This document shows positions 48,283-61,249 of a DNA stretch of 64,000 nt, piece by piece. The DNA is from Octopus vulgaris (taxonomy: Eukaryota): assembly GCA_951406725.2 (NCBI GenBank), contig OX597826.1, positions 21,824,001 through 21,888,000 on the forward strand, given 5' to 3'. The notes beneath the pieces were generated by a model, which worked only from the letters and a program-made list of their open reading frames with translations, ran no database searches and was not told the DNA's origin. Numbering within the stretch: the stretch's first letter is position 1; each line of letters opens with the position of its first letter. The position numbers and the translations under genes were made by a program.

Positions 48283-48990
48283 CATAAGGGCCTCTCACTC
48301 AGGGTGAAAGGTAGACTGTTTGATGCATGTGTGCAAACTGCCATGCTACACAGCAGTGAAACATGGGCCATGAATGCTGAGGACATGCATAGGCTTGATA
48401 GAAATGAAGGTAATATGATCTGCTGGTGGAGGCGCAATGGCCCAGTGGTTAGGGCAGCGGACTCACAGTCGGAGGATCGTGGTTTCAATTCCTAGACCAG
48501 GAGTTGTGTGTGTTTATTGAGTGAAAACACCTAAAGCTGCACGAGGCTCCGGCAGGGGGTAGTGGCGACCCCTGTTGTACTCTTTCGCTCCCCAACTTTC
48601 TCTCACTCTTTCTTCCTGTTTCTTGAATAATGCTGCGATGGACCTGCGCCCTGTCCAGCTGGGGGAACACATACGCCACAGAAACCAGGAAACCGAGCCC
48701 ATGAGCCTGGCTAGGTTTGAAAAGGGCGCATAAATAAAAAATGATCCGCTGGATATGTAATGTTAGTGTGCATACATGACAGAGTGTAAGCGCCCTGAGA
48801 GAAAAGTTGGGCATAAGAAGCATAAAATGTGGTGCGCAAGAGAGGCAACTGCATTAGATGGCCATGTGTTAGATATGAATAAAGACGTCTGTGTGAGGAA
48901 GTATCACTCTGTAACGTCAAAAGGAACCTGTGGAAGAGGTAGACCAAGGAAGACATGTGATGAGGTGACGAAGCATGACCTTCGAACGTT
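48283..48990 (+). mobile_element. RTE fragment interrupted by a SINE
   Basis: KGLSLRVKGRLFDACVQTAMLHSSETWAM...; resumes at 48741 through RGRPRKT. Confidence 0.85.
48427..48740 (+). mobile_element. tRNA-derived SINE with 12-bp target-site duplication
   Basis: A-box tggcccagtgg, B-box-like ggtttcaattcc, central ctgcgatggac..cctgtccag (V/Meta-like), A-rich tail. TSD atgatcYgctgg at 48415-48426 and 48741-48752. Confidence 0.88.
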
Positions 48991-49301
48991 AATTAACAAT
49001 TAATGGGCTTAGGCTCAGCTCTGCATATACCTTTTACTCTTCTTTCTACAAAGAGAACTTCATAGAAATTGCTATTTAAATCAATCTCGCGTGTGTGTGT
49101 GTGTGTGTATAAACACATTTACATAATAATACATGGTTATTTTTCATATTACTTGTATGTTTACGCTTTGAAAAGTTAATGGAAGACTATTGGTTTTTAC
49201 ACTTGCTATATATTCTTTCTATTAATTAGCAACATATCACCTATCTGTCTATCTATATATCTTTGTATGTATGTGTATGTATATATTTATTATATAGAAG
49301 G

Positions 49302-49352
49302 AGCTTCTACAGGACTAGTACTGTTTCATTCAAGAGAAATCTTCAGGAAGCT
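49302..49352 (-). ncRNA. Type I hammerhead ribozyme (left arm)
   Basis: Exact reverse complement of 49349-49399. Confidence 0.9.
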
Positions 49353-49399
49353 TCCTGAAGATTTCTCTTGAATGAAACAGTACTAGTCCTGTAGAAGCT
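49349..49399 (+). ncRNA. Type I hammerhead ribozyme (right arm)
   Basis: agcttc-CTGAAGA-tttctcttgaat-GAAA-cagtactagtcctg-TA-gaagct. Confidence 0.9.
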
Positions 49400-49485
49400 C
49401 CTTCTATATAATAAATTAATTTTACTCTGCTATGTATTGAGTACCTTACTTACTGTGGTTAACCCCGAATCAACCCGGGACCTAC

Positions 49486-49524
<39 letters not shown>

Positions 49525-50015
49525 AAACACTATAACTGAAACACGCACACATGCATATATTGTATTTCTCTATATTGTATATATATATATATGCATGCAT
49601 GCATGCGTGTTTCAATTGTAGTATTTTGTGTGGTTGCTGCTGCTGCTGCTAGGTGATGTGTCACTCAACCACATGACCACAGCATCCACACCACAAATGT
49701 CTTCTTTTACAACTACTTCCTATTTTAACTTCCCCCCTCTCTCTCTGAATCATCAACAACATGTCAACATTTTCACTGTTGAAAATATTCTAGAAACAGA
49801 TTAAATATGTCGAGGTTGTAATTTTAGTATGTGTTGGTCAAATTATATCGAAGTCGTGTTTCAATTATTTACTATCAGACTCACATTTTCCCGGTGCAAG
49901 CAGACCCAGAGAACCAGTCAACGTTCTCTGGAACCTCTTTATCAAAATATCTGATTCTTCCTCATCAGCTCAAATAATTGCCTTCAATGTAAACAAGCAG
50001 CAAGCTCTCAACTAT

Positions 50016-50093
<78 letters not shown>

Positions 50094-50213
50094 CCCCCTC
50101 TCTCTCTATTCCCCCGCTCTTCCTCTCTCTCTCACTGACACACTCTTTCTATGAATTTAATATTCGCAAGAAATTTGTGGTTTATATCTGTTTGTGTACG
50201 TATATATATATAC

Positions 50214-50259
<46 letters not shown>

Positions 50260-50473
50260 GTATATTATTCTTTAACAAGAATAGTATTGACAGTGACTTC
50301 GAAGTTTTAGCTAGCTAAACCGTCATTGGACTAGAATATATGTAGAGATAAACTTAACATCGTTGAACTGTCCGATTATTCTTGCTAATAATAAATTTGT
50401 ACTCTGCCAGATGTATTGAATAATCCTTCAGCGTAATATAAAATGGTTTTTATTAAAACATAAAACAAATATT

Positions 50474-50525
<52 letters not shown>

Positions 50526-50526
<1 letters not shown>

Positions 50527-51038
50527 TAGCAGTATCGCCCGGCGTTGCTCGGGTTTGTAAGGGAAATAACTATATAAGCATTTTTAGAGAGTTACTTCTC
50601 TTATAGATGCCTATTTGGGCTTTCTTAGCCATTTCTGTTTTGGTGTCTTCAAGCCATGAAGTCGTTGTTCTAAAAGAACGCTGGTCTCCGTGACAACGCT
50701 TTACGACGTTAATTTCCTTACACTCCCTTCCCCACAGCTTCACGAGGGAGGGAAGAAGGGGGAGAAGCAAACAGGTGCAGGTGTGACCATGGTCGCCAAC
50801 TCCGCCGCCATCGACACACGAAAAATTATGCATTAAAATGGAATAAAAAATGATGTTAAATTATTTTTAAAATCGTAGACTCATCGTAGACGCGCGCTAA
50901 TACCCAGACGGGCTCGATATGAATCACGACTATAAGATACCCGAATTTGGTTAAACTGCACTGCAAAATGTGGGAGTAGTTAGGAATCTAAATCGAAGGA
51001 GACAGACACTCACACAACTACAGTTTTATATATATAGA
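50526..51038 (-). mobile_element. Non-autonomous Helitron
   Basis: Minus strand A|TCTATATATATAAAA start; 3' hairpin cccgagcaacgccggg plus CTAG|T; 3' ~65 bp near-identical to 7395-7459. Confidence 0.8.
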
Positions 51039-51721
51039 TATATAATGTGTAAAGGTAAGATCCAAGGATCAAGATGTAGGAAGTTAGTAAGCTTCAAGCA
51101 ATATATAATATGTATATATATATATATATATATTGTTATTATTATTATTATATATACTAGAAGTAAGAGCTAAGAAGCTCTAATGCTGTAGTTAAAGCAC
51201 ATAATTGTATACACATGTACTGACAGGGACTGTAATCGCCCGAAAGCACTGGTTGAGAATTCCCTATACTGATTGGTCAATTTCAGTTAATTTTGTTGCC
51301 TCTTCAGTAGGGATCTCTCACTTTCGTGCTTAGCAGTCGTTTGCGGCAAGACACATTTTTTTTCTCTCCTAACACGCCAGCTCAAAGTTTACTCGTCCTG
51401 TCAAAAGATGTCTGTCTGTGATGTCCTGTTTTTGTTATTATTATTATCATTATTGTTTTTACGTATTTTTGTATTCTTATTCGTGTAACACCGTCCGTTT
51501 TTCCGTCCTTGTTTTGTATACATTCGAGGCTTTCTTCCGAGGTATCTAATGCACTTGGCTTAGATTTTCCTTTGGGGCTGGCCAGATCGGAGCAATCTCA
51601 AGATTAATCAGCCGAAATTGCGAGGATGATCCGGTTCTTGACTGAAGATCGAAGGCTTCGAATGTCCCGTCTGTGTTTTTTGTATCGTTTTCTAAATGTT
51701 TTGCGTTCTTGTCCCAGTTTG

Positions 51722-51753
<32 letters not shown>

Positions 51754-51754
<1 letters not shown>

Positions 51755-52782
51755 CTTTATATATATATAAAACTGAGAATGTGTGTCTGTCTGTCTGTCT
51801 GTCTATCTGTCAGTGTGTTTCCCTAAAACTTGAGAACTACACAACCAATTTCATTCAAATTTTACACATGCCTTACTTAGGGTCTGGGGAGTGTCATCGG
51901 CAAAAAAAAATGTTCAACTTCTTGCCTAGAGCAATCCCATAGCAATATCATATCTTCTCCACTATTTCAGTATTATGTGTTAAAAGTGAAACAAAAACAT
52001 TTCTCTATTTTATGTCAGATACTTTCACTTTAACAATAAAAATAATAATAACAATTGAATTATATGTAGTAAGTAATAATTAAAATCAAACTAAAGTAAC
52101 ATGACAAAAGTAAAAATAGCAATTGGTATAAAATTGCATCAATGATTTGAACTTGAATAAGTGGTTTCACATGAATGGGAATAAATTAAAAATAAAATTA
52201 GTGTGCAGAAATGGAATAGTCCAGATGGATAATAAAAAATTAGATTAAAGAAAAGATTATTGTCTATAAAGTATACAATATAGAGAAAAAAGAAGATTTG
52301 AACGCATGGAGGAAAGCACCTTTGAAAAGTGTCTTGGTGCGACTATGAAAGGTATCTAATCAGAGGCGGTAAATTCGCCACAATAGAAGCAAGGTTTGAG
52401 TCAACAGAGCGTGCAAGGGAGTACTCGACTCGAACTTGCAAAGTGGAAATATTTTATTTTTACCTTTATATCTGGGACATAGGACGTCCCGGAAAAAAAT
52501 TTTAAATGCCCCCCCCCCCCCAGAAGTAGAGGTAGGCTGGATTGTAGCCACACTTCTATACAAGAGGGAGGACAAGATACAATTGATCGAAATTACAAGA
52601 GACGGGCTAACAATTCCAGTCTGTTATATATTTTGAGTATTGTTATCACTAGCAATATCAAGATATAACTTTGTATTTTGTATTTTATGTGTAGATGTGT
52701 ACATGTAATATGTACACATATATATACACATATATACATGCACTAGCACTATGACCCGGCAACGACGGGTCTTTAATGCTAG
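51754..52782 (+). mobile_element. Non-autonomous Helitron
   Basis: A|TCTTTATATATATATAAAA start, (GTCT)n, 3' hairpin acccggcaacgacgggt plus CTAG|T. Confidence 0.78.
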
Positions 52783-53111
52783 TATATATATAATGGATAA
52801 AAATTTAGCTAGGTGTTAAATAACCACCTAAATAATATTAAATATCCAAAGAATTTACTGGGGTTTTTTTTTACCTATATAAATAATGTTATGAGCGATA
52901 GTTCAAATAGGCAAATAAATAAATAAAATAAATATACAGTTTATCAATATATAAATATAAATTAGAAATCATTTAATGATAAAATTATTATTTTGGTTTC
53001 CATTTCTAATTTATATATATATAAACCAACCTTACTTGGACTTGTACCTCAAAGGGGAACTTTCTGTGTGCAATCCCATGGTCATTACCCTTTATATATA
53101 TATATATGGAT

Positions 53112-53500
53112 ATCATCATCATCATCATTTAATACCTGTTTCCCATGCTGGCATGGGTTAGATCATTTAACTGGAACTGGTAAGGCCAGGGGTCGCACTA
53201 GGTTCCATAGTCTGTTTTGGCTTGGTTTCCACTGCTGGATGCTCTGCCTAATGCTAACCACTTTACAGAGTATACTGGGTGCTTTTTATATAGCACTGGT
53301 ATGAATTCTGTTGTGGTGGACAGGTGTTCTTGAGTACAACAAGGCACCAAATATTTCAGTGCCTTGAGATCAGCCTTCAACGCTTCATCCCATGTTTTCC
53401 TGGTTCTTCCTCTTCCATAAGTTCCACCTACTTTAAGTGAATTAGCACTTCTTTATGCGACTGTCCTCAACCATCTGCATGACATAACCAAAACCAGCAG
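53112..53500 (-). mobile_element. Decayed RTE 3' end
   Basis: (CAT)n tail, ccatgctggcatggg and ctggatgc 3' UTR motifs, GRGRTRKTWDEA remnant near 53390-53420. Confidence 0.75.
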
Positions 53501-53917
53501 ACTGGTACAGGTTGTAGTATGAATTGAAATTACAATTACATTTTCAATTTCTTTCAGTCGCATAGAGCCTCCGTGGGTACACAACTGCTGTGGGGAGTGG
53601 GAGCAGAGAAGAGAGAAGTTTTTTTCATTATTATTAAGGCAACAATTAGTTTCCAATAATGCAGGAGTAGCTACAGAGACCATGTTAAATTATCATCAGC
53701 ATTACAATGTTAAATTATCATCAGCATTACAATGTTGACACTTATATGTATATAAACACACATGCATACATATAGGTGCATATATGAACAAATGAACAAT
53801 TCATTACTCATAGAAGCACTCATGTGTGGCCCACGGGCTAGATATACGTACACATGTACCCATATAACTATGCACTCGTAAAACAATCCACAGGTTGTAA
53901 TATTGTCAAGTACAATA

Positions 53918-53969
<52 letters not shown>

Positions 53970-53979
53970 TAGATATATG

Positions 53980-54385
53980 TGTATAGCATTGATAATTAGG
54001 AGAATGAACAATTTGAACATTCAAATTTTATGTTTATTTTCAAATGGCTTATTCATAATAATTGTCCAACACATGTTTTGATTGTACTAATTGCATATTG
54101 TTGCATATTTATATGCAGCGATTTATGCATTATTGAGAAAAATAGCTCATCGATGAAAGGTCATACTAATAATGGAGAAAAATTCCTCTTTAAACAATGT
54201 CATATTTATATACCCTGAAGAGATCATACTAATAATGCATAAATCACGGCATATAAATATGCAACAATATGCAATTAATGCGATTGAAACATGTGTTGGA
54301 CAATTATTATGAATAAAGCATCTGGAAATAAACTTAATGTTTGAATGTTCAAATTTTTCATTCTCCTTATTATTAATACTGTACC
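53980..54385. repeat. Diverged ~150-bp inverted repeat containing a long-stem-II hammerhead
   Basis: Arms ~53980-54134 and ~54231-54385. The right side reads cc-CTGAAGA-gatc...gatt-GAAA-catgtg-TT-gg (54213-54299). Confidence 0.85.
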
Positions 54386-54816
54386 TTACACACCAAGTAA
54401 CCAAGAAATAAACTGTAACTACAGATGAGAGTTAAAAAGAAGTTACCATATAATGCACCATCTAAAGGAACCATCCATGGCATTTTACATAGAGAAATTA
54501 CATATATATATATATATTATACATACATAAAAACATTGATTAGAGAACTAACATCAAATTTGGGTCAACGACTTTATATAACACCACGCTTCCATAATTT
54601 TCATCGTCTATAAACATTACCATGGCCTTTGACATATAAAAGAATACTTACATAAAAGCACAGAGGGTAAAAAATACATATGCACATAAAAATACAAAAT
54701 GTATAGAAAGGCCAATCAAGAAAAGGTATATATAAATCAACTAAAATAGGTAATCAAAATGAATTACTAAAACGTGTCAAGCAACTAAAAAAATATCAAT
54801 GGACTTTAAAAAAAAA

Positions 54817-55713
54817 GTTGCAATGAGACAATCTTCTTCGTGAAGCTTTGCTGAATTGCTGCAAGGTCCACTGTGGGATGACCGTAGTTGGGAGCAGTAG
54901 TCCAGGCGGCTGAGGATGAATGTCCTCCAGATGACCATCATGGTTTCTTTCTCTTTGGTTCTGAAGGTTCTCAGGATCCAGCCAGCCAATTGTCTGTACT
55001 TTGTCTCCATCTTGGTTATGTGCACTTGGAAAGAGGTGTCATCATTCATGTCAATAGCCAGGTTCTGGGATTGTAATCCCCTGTGGGTCAGTGTACCCTG
55101 TAAGTTTTATGTTCAGTCTTGGGCGCTGATAACACAGGGATTGGAATTTTCCAGTATTAAACTGCATATTATTGTCCTAGCCCATCTGTAAACTGAGTCC
55201 AACTCCTGCTGCAGGTGTGCAACATCACTAGGGTTTTGTATTTTCTGTGAGACTTTCGTATCGTCTGCATAGCTAGGCAGCTGAGGGCATATCTGAGAGA
55301 GCCACTATGAAAAGCAGTGGTCCCAAGCCAGTGTCCTGTGGAACATCACTCTCTATTTCTGTTTTCTTTGAGGTGGCTCCATTGGCCACCACTGCCTGGC
55401 TTCTATCTTTCAGAAAGTCATGTAACCACTTTCCAAGTTTTCCAGCTATGCTGAGATCATGTAGTTTGTGGTATATCATACCATGATCCACTTTATCAAA
55501 AGCTTTTGCAAAGTCAGGGTATATTACGTCCACATTTGAGTTGGTGAGTAACTGCCTCAACTCCCGGTCATAGTGTTGTAGGAGCTGAGTCAGGCAGCGC
55601 TTACCTGGTCAAAAACCATGCTGGGTTTCACTCAGCAAGTCATTTTCTTCAAGGAATGCGATTAGTTTCCCTCAGACTATTCATACTATGACTTTGCTGA
55701 TGTGTGAAGTCAG
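54817..55713 (-). mobile_element. Decayed CR1-group RT fragment
   Basis: [45 protein letters not shown], with frameshifts. Confidence 0.9.
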
Positions 55714-55745
<32 letters not shown>

Positions 55746-55859
55746 TCAGATGAATATGGTACTTAAGTTGCAGCACCAGAATTTAGTACAGTAATATCCA
55801 TACAATTTCAAAGTAAGGTGATTAAAATCAAAATAAGCAACAAGAATATCCAAAGGTAA

Positions 55860-55945
55860 TGCAGTACGATCGTTTCATGCAACTCCATTTGATTGAACAA
55901 TGCAATCATTACATTAATTTAAACACAGAGCAATCCTCAGCTGCA
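55860..55945 (-). ncRNA. Type I hammerhead ribozyme, extended stem II
   Basis: Minus strand: tgcag-CTGAGGA-ttgc...gcat-GAAA-cgatcg-TA-ctgca. Confidence 0.85.
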
Positions 55946-56194
55946 GAAGACATAGAATTTAATAAAATTAGAACAGATGGACACATTAGTAGAATTATAC
56001 CTAAAATTTCCAAGAAGTTAAGGTGATAAACAAAGAACATGCTCTCTCACTCCAGTTTAGAAGTTATTAAGTTACTGAGTAACTTTTAAACTGAAGTGAG
56101 GCAGCATGTTCTTTGTCTTAACTTCTTGGAGATTTTAGGCATAATTATACTAATGTGTCCATCTGTTCTAATTTTATTAAATTCTATGTTTTTG

Positions 56195-56281
56195 TGCAGC
56201 TGAAGATTGCTCTGCATTTTAAATTGATGTAATGGTTGCATTGTTCAATCAAATGGAGTTGCATGAAACGACCATACTGCA
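56195..56281 (+). ncRNA. Type I hammerhead, stem III mutated
   Basis: tgcag-CTGAAGA-ttgc...gcat-GAAA-cgacca-TA-ctgca. Confidence 0.65.
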
Positions 56282-56312
56282 TTACCTCTGGATATCCTTG
56301 TTGCTTATTTTG

Positions 56313-56349
<37 letters not shown>

Positions 56350-57369
56350 CAGGAAAGTAAGAAGAAAAAATAAGTGAACATGATCATGTTTGATACAGTT
56401 TACTATCGACAAAAATGTAGAATTGCAATGGGAACCCGAGCTGCTCCAGTGATTATGAACCTTGTAATGGGTTACCTAGAACTTAAAATATACCAATCAT
56501 CACTACAAAAATATGGCACCTCATTTCATTGCTATTTAAAGAAGAACTGGAAGAGGTATTTGGACGATTGCTTTATACTTTGGAAAGATAGCATGGACAA
56601 ACTCCTTGACTTCAAAATAATGCTTAACAATATTAATAGCAACATACAATTCACCATGGAGCACAGCAGTAAACAACTCCCTTTTCTTGACACCCTAACT
56701 AAAATAGTCAATAAACACATTGAAACAGACATCTTCTATAAACCCACAGATTCTAAACAATACCTATTATTTTACTCATGCCACCCCAAACACATAAAAA
56801 TTAATATACCTTATAATCTAGCGAAAAGGATCTGTACCATAGTTTCAGACACCTATACTTGTGAATGAAGACTCCTTGAACTCAGATCAATACTAATCAA
56901 AAGACATTACCCAATATCATTAATAAATGATGGCATTAAATGAGCTAAGGAAATAGATATACGAACATTAAGGGAAGTCAACCGAAATACTAAACCAGAC
57001 TTAAAAATACTCTCATACATCTCCACATATAACCCTAGACACAACGAAGCCTTCAACATTATCATCCAAAATCTACCCATCCTCACGGGAGATAAATCAA
57101 TGAACAAAATTTTAGGCTCTCACAAAATTATCAAAAGCAAAATGCAACCCAAATCATTGAAAAATATATTAACCAGCGCAAGACTTTATCTATTAACAAC
57201 GGAACCAAAAGTGAAAAAATGTGGTTGGCCTAACTGTGGTACATGCTCCCACCTTTTGGAGGGTTCAGAGTTCCACTTTAAACAAGGTGAAATATTTAAG
57301 ATTAAATCAAATTTCACCTGTGCCTTGGAAAATCTAATCTATGCCATTACCTGCTTAGGGTGTGAATGA
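56350..57369 (+). pseudogene. Penelope-like element RT to start of GIY-YIG, disrupted
   Basis: YYRQ..IAMGTRAAP, WKRYLDDCF, IQFTME, LPFLD, YKPTD..YL...SCHP, KKCGWPNCGTC, FTC..ENLIYAITC; in-frame stops at ~56866 and ~56941. Confidence 0.92.
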
Positions 57370-57821
57370 AAATTTGAGAATGTATTGGTAATATTTCTGG
57401 ATAGATGGTGGAGGGGGGGTGTATGTTTAGAATGAGGAGATCGGTCAAAATGATGGAAAGTGGATGTTAAACAATGATGATGATGATGATATATGTGTAT
57501 ACATACACACACATATATATGTAGAATCGTACCCCTTTAAATGCGTATGTGTTTCTATTGTTCTTTGCCTCACTATTGCCCTTTGCTGCTATTTCAATTT
57601 TCTTGTGGTGAATCTACCCATTTCTTCCAGTTCTTGTTCACAATCCACTCACCCCTTACAACCCCCACCACCAATACCAGAAACCCCTTCTCCTCGTATA
57701 CTGGTAATCTCTTCTCTTATACTGAAAACTCCCACAGGGCTCTGCCTCACTTCTGCACCAGAAGACCTACATACCTCTGTCCCTCCCTCTTTTCCAAGCC
57801 ATCTTCCTCCTCCTGCCTCTC

Positions 57822-57890
<69 letters not shown>

Positions 57891-58059
57891 ATGGACTACC
57901 TAACCAAATAGCAGCCCATTTACTTACTTAATCTAACATTTACCATATTTATATTTATGTTTGCAGCTTCAGTAATGCTTATATTTACAATGCTTACCTT
58001 GCTCTCACCACCAGAAGCGGGTAACAATTTTAACACATTTGAATGGTGATAAGTTAGAA

Positions 58060-58795
58060 GCCAGGTCAACTGTTGTGACATGCCTGCTATCAAACTATCA
58101 CGGAAACCTCCTCTTCAGGTGCTGAATAATATATCTCTGTCCCATGTTCCCTCCAACATCCCTTTCCCAGTTTTCAGAGTTGACACTGTCAATGTGGGCA
58201 CATTGAAATGTAGATCTAACAAGATTGTAGAGATGCTTGAACGGATATGTGATGATATAAGTTGCATCCAAGAGGTTAGGTGAAGAGGAACTTCAGCCAG
58301 GTTCCTCACAGGCAAGACACATAGGTATAAAATCTTCTGGGAGGGTAACGGCGATGGAGTAGGTGGTGTGGGCATACTTCTTGTTGAGAAATGGGTGGAT
58401 ACGGTCATGAAGGTAGTCAGAGTATGCAATAAAGTACTTAAGCTCAGGCTAGTCTTGTAGAATAGCATCAATTATCTCTGCCCCACAAGCAGGCCTACCA
58501 AATGAACAAAAGGACCACTTTTATGATTCTTTTCTGCAGGCTACCTCAAAGACGTGTGAAAACAATCTCATCTTTGTGGCTGAGGATTTCAATGGGCATG
58601 CTAGACAGCAGCCTAGTATCTTCCACAGTGTTCGTGGAGGCCATGGAATTGGTTCTTGAAACGAAGAGGGAACAAGGCTACTGGAGTTCTGTGATGCAAG
58701 TAACCTTTCGATCTGCAACACCAACTTCAGAAAGCCAGCCAGCCACCTGATAACCTATCAATCAGGTGGCTCTGCTAGCCAGATTGATTTCATTA
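58060..58795 (+). mobile_element. Decayed RTE 5' fragment (APE domain)
   Basis: PFPVFRVDTVNVGTL...CIQEVR...DFNGH...QIDFI, homologous to 14030-14780. Confidence 0.88.
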
Positions 58796-59456
58796 TTACA
58801 TTATATTTTTAAGGATTTATATCATTTGGAAGTAGATGCACTGGGTGTGTGACAGTAATTATTGTCTATGTTTGTAGTTCTGAATAATGTCCATTTGAAA
58901 CGCCCACTGCTTTGTGATGAGGTGGAGGAACATATATAAAGAGTTTAGGGTTGTTATATCGCATGAAGTGCACCATATGATATGAAAGAATAGCAGGAAG
59001 CAAGCTGTTGGCAATTTGTTTATTCCATTTCCATTACAATGGCTTTAGCAGCTGATAATCAAGTTTAATAAATAATTATAAATTGTAATCAATTGGATAG
59101 ATCATAGATCACATCTTCAGATGGGACATTGAAATATGAAGAATCGAACCATGTGATGCATCTAAATACTAGAGAAATGAGTCAGCCAATGGCAGTGAAG
59201 AGGAAGAAAGGAGATTTTGGGTGGGTAGCAACAGTGCCCTGTGTGTGTGTGTGTGTGTAATTAATGACAAATAATATAAAGAAGGAAACCTTTGTCTGTG
59301 TAGGTAAGGGATTAGAGTCATCACAAAGAATAATGTGACCTGGAAGAAGAGACAAGAAACAAAACAAAATGGAGCAAAAAAAAAAGAAAAAAACAAACAA
59401 ATACAGCTACAACAGTGCAGGAAGAATATAATATGTGTGTGTGTGTGTATGGATAA

Positions 59457-59491
<35 letters not shown>

Positions 59492-59678
59492 TAAATAGAT
59501 ACATTAAGAGTAAGGAACAGAAGAAAAGTATTCCATACTGGCAACAGAGTAGAAGTGGTTTAATGGAGTTAATCAAAATCAAACAAAGCTGAAAACTATC
59601 AATTTGATCAGATTTAATGTTTGGTCTGATGAAATTGTAAGTTTTAAGCCAGTTGTATTTTTTGTCTCACAAAATTAA

Positions 59679-59786
<108 letters not shown>

Positions 59787-61249
59787 TTATGCATATGTTA
59801 TCATTCATTCTGTATCTGTTTTTTCTTTTATTCAGAATTATTGTCCTCCAAGAGAAGTCAGGGACCACTTCATGCCTGTCCAATACAGTTTTTATTGCCT
59901 AACACCATTCTGGGTGGGTTGTATTATGACCCCGCCACTAGAGAGGTTGTCTGGTTCCCAGCAAGACAAAAGAATCCTATTTTATATTCCTCACAGCTGT
60001 TTGTTTGTTCTTTTCTTTCTTTATCTGACTGGAATGGAAGAGGAGAGCCAGAATGAGAGGGTGACGGAAGAAAGGTTATTAGAAGAGAACTCAAGTGATA
60101 GAGGGATACACATACATGCACACATATGTACACTCATGCACTCACATACACACACATATTCATGCATGGACACACATACATGAACACACATACATGCATG
60201 CACACATGCATTCACACACACTCATACACCAGTTCAGAACAACCTTGTCACTCGTTTATCTCTTGTTCGGATTATAACCAGTTGTTAGACTGGATTGCTT
60301 TGCACTTGAGTCTGACCTAGCGATTACCTGAGGGAAACATGTGTTTTTGTCTCTTTGTTTACAAACAGGAATCCCTTTATTGACATTGAGAGCATGTCGG
60401 GAGGTAGCAGGAGACAGGGTGCAGTAATGTTTTCACAAGTTGATTGACATCCAACTAATTGGATGAAAACAAGCTTAATTCTTTCTTCAAAAACAGAAAA
60501 ATGTGATAGGATTTCTGTATTGATTTTTGTTGCAGTTTTGAAGGAATATAATTAGTAATTACTAACTCTAATCCCTGCTGATACCTGAAAGTAAAGCACA
60601 TGATTAATAGTAAAGCACCTTATTAAATAACTATTACAGTTTAACTGAGTCAGCAATGAACAGTTTATATGGCAATATACAAGGTTTCCTTTTCTAAGTT
60701 GGTAAGGTGTGATTTAATGTAGATTTGACTGCTATTTCTTGCAAATCAAGAGACCTTATAATGTTTCCCTCATTGACTTGTCCCCTATGTGGTCTCTTGA
60801 TCTGCTAAAAATAACAGCCCAATCTCCCTTAAGTCACACCCAGCTGTCCTAAATAAAGTGCATATTGATTAATGTAATCCTAAATACCTCTAAAAAGGCA
60901 CGCTTACCATCACTGGAACATCTTTGATTTGCTTGATGAGGGTTAACCTGGGGCTAAACAACAACAGAATTTAGTGAAATGTTATTGTTGTTGTCCACAG
61001 AGAAATGGTGGTGTTTAGGGCCATGCTATTTCATTGTCCCTTTCACATAGCTAATTCTAAGAGAGAAAGATGAATTAACAACTACTTTATTTTATCAACC
61101 CTGAACACAAGACAAAGTTGGCCTCATCCTGATAATTTATAACTTCTTTGTTTAAATTAAAGGTTCATCATTGGAGGTGCCATTAATTTAGAGTGTTGAA
61201 ACCTATCATATAACTTTGTATTCTATCTCCATTTTCTAAAAGACATTTG

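Larger units (their letters stand above)
49285..49416. repeat. 132-bp perfect spacerless palindrome made of two head-to-head hammerheads
   Basis: Centre ggaag|cttcc at 49350/49351; 66-bp arms. Confidence 0.96.
55826..56315. repeat. ~490-bp diverged palindrome (inverted pLTR pair) with a hammerhead in each arm
   Basis: Arms of ~245 bp meet near 56072; immediately upstream of a PLE RT fragment. Confidence 0.92.

Noticed and set aside
48427-48500. Possible tRNA gene
   Set aside because: It is the tRNA-derived head of a SINE with body, tail and TSD; the cloverleaf is not intact.
50292-50332. Hammerhead-like motif on minus strand (agt-CCAATGA...AAAA-cttcgaag-TC-act)
   Set aside because: Several core substitutions; counted only as a probable decayed relic, not annotated as a ribozyme.
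51215-51670. CTGACAG...GAAA (51228) and CTGAAGA (51641) motifs
   Set aside because: Could not build consistent stems I and III around either.
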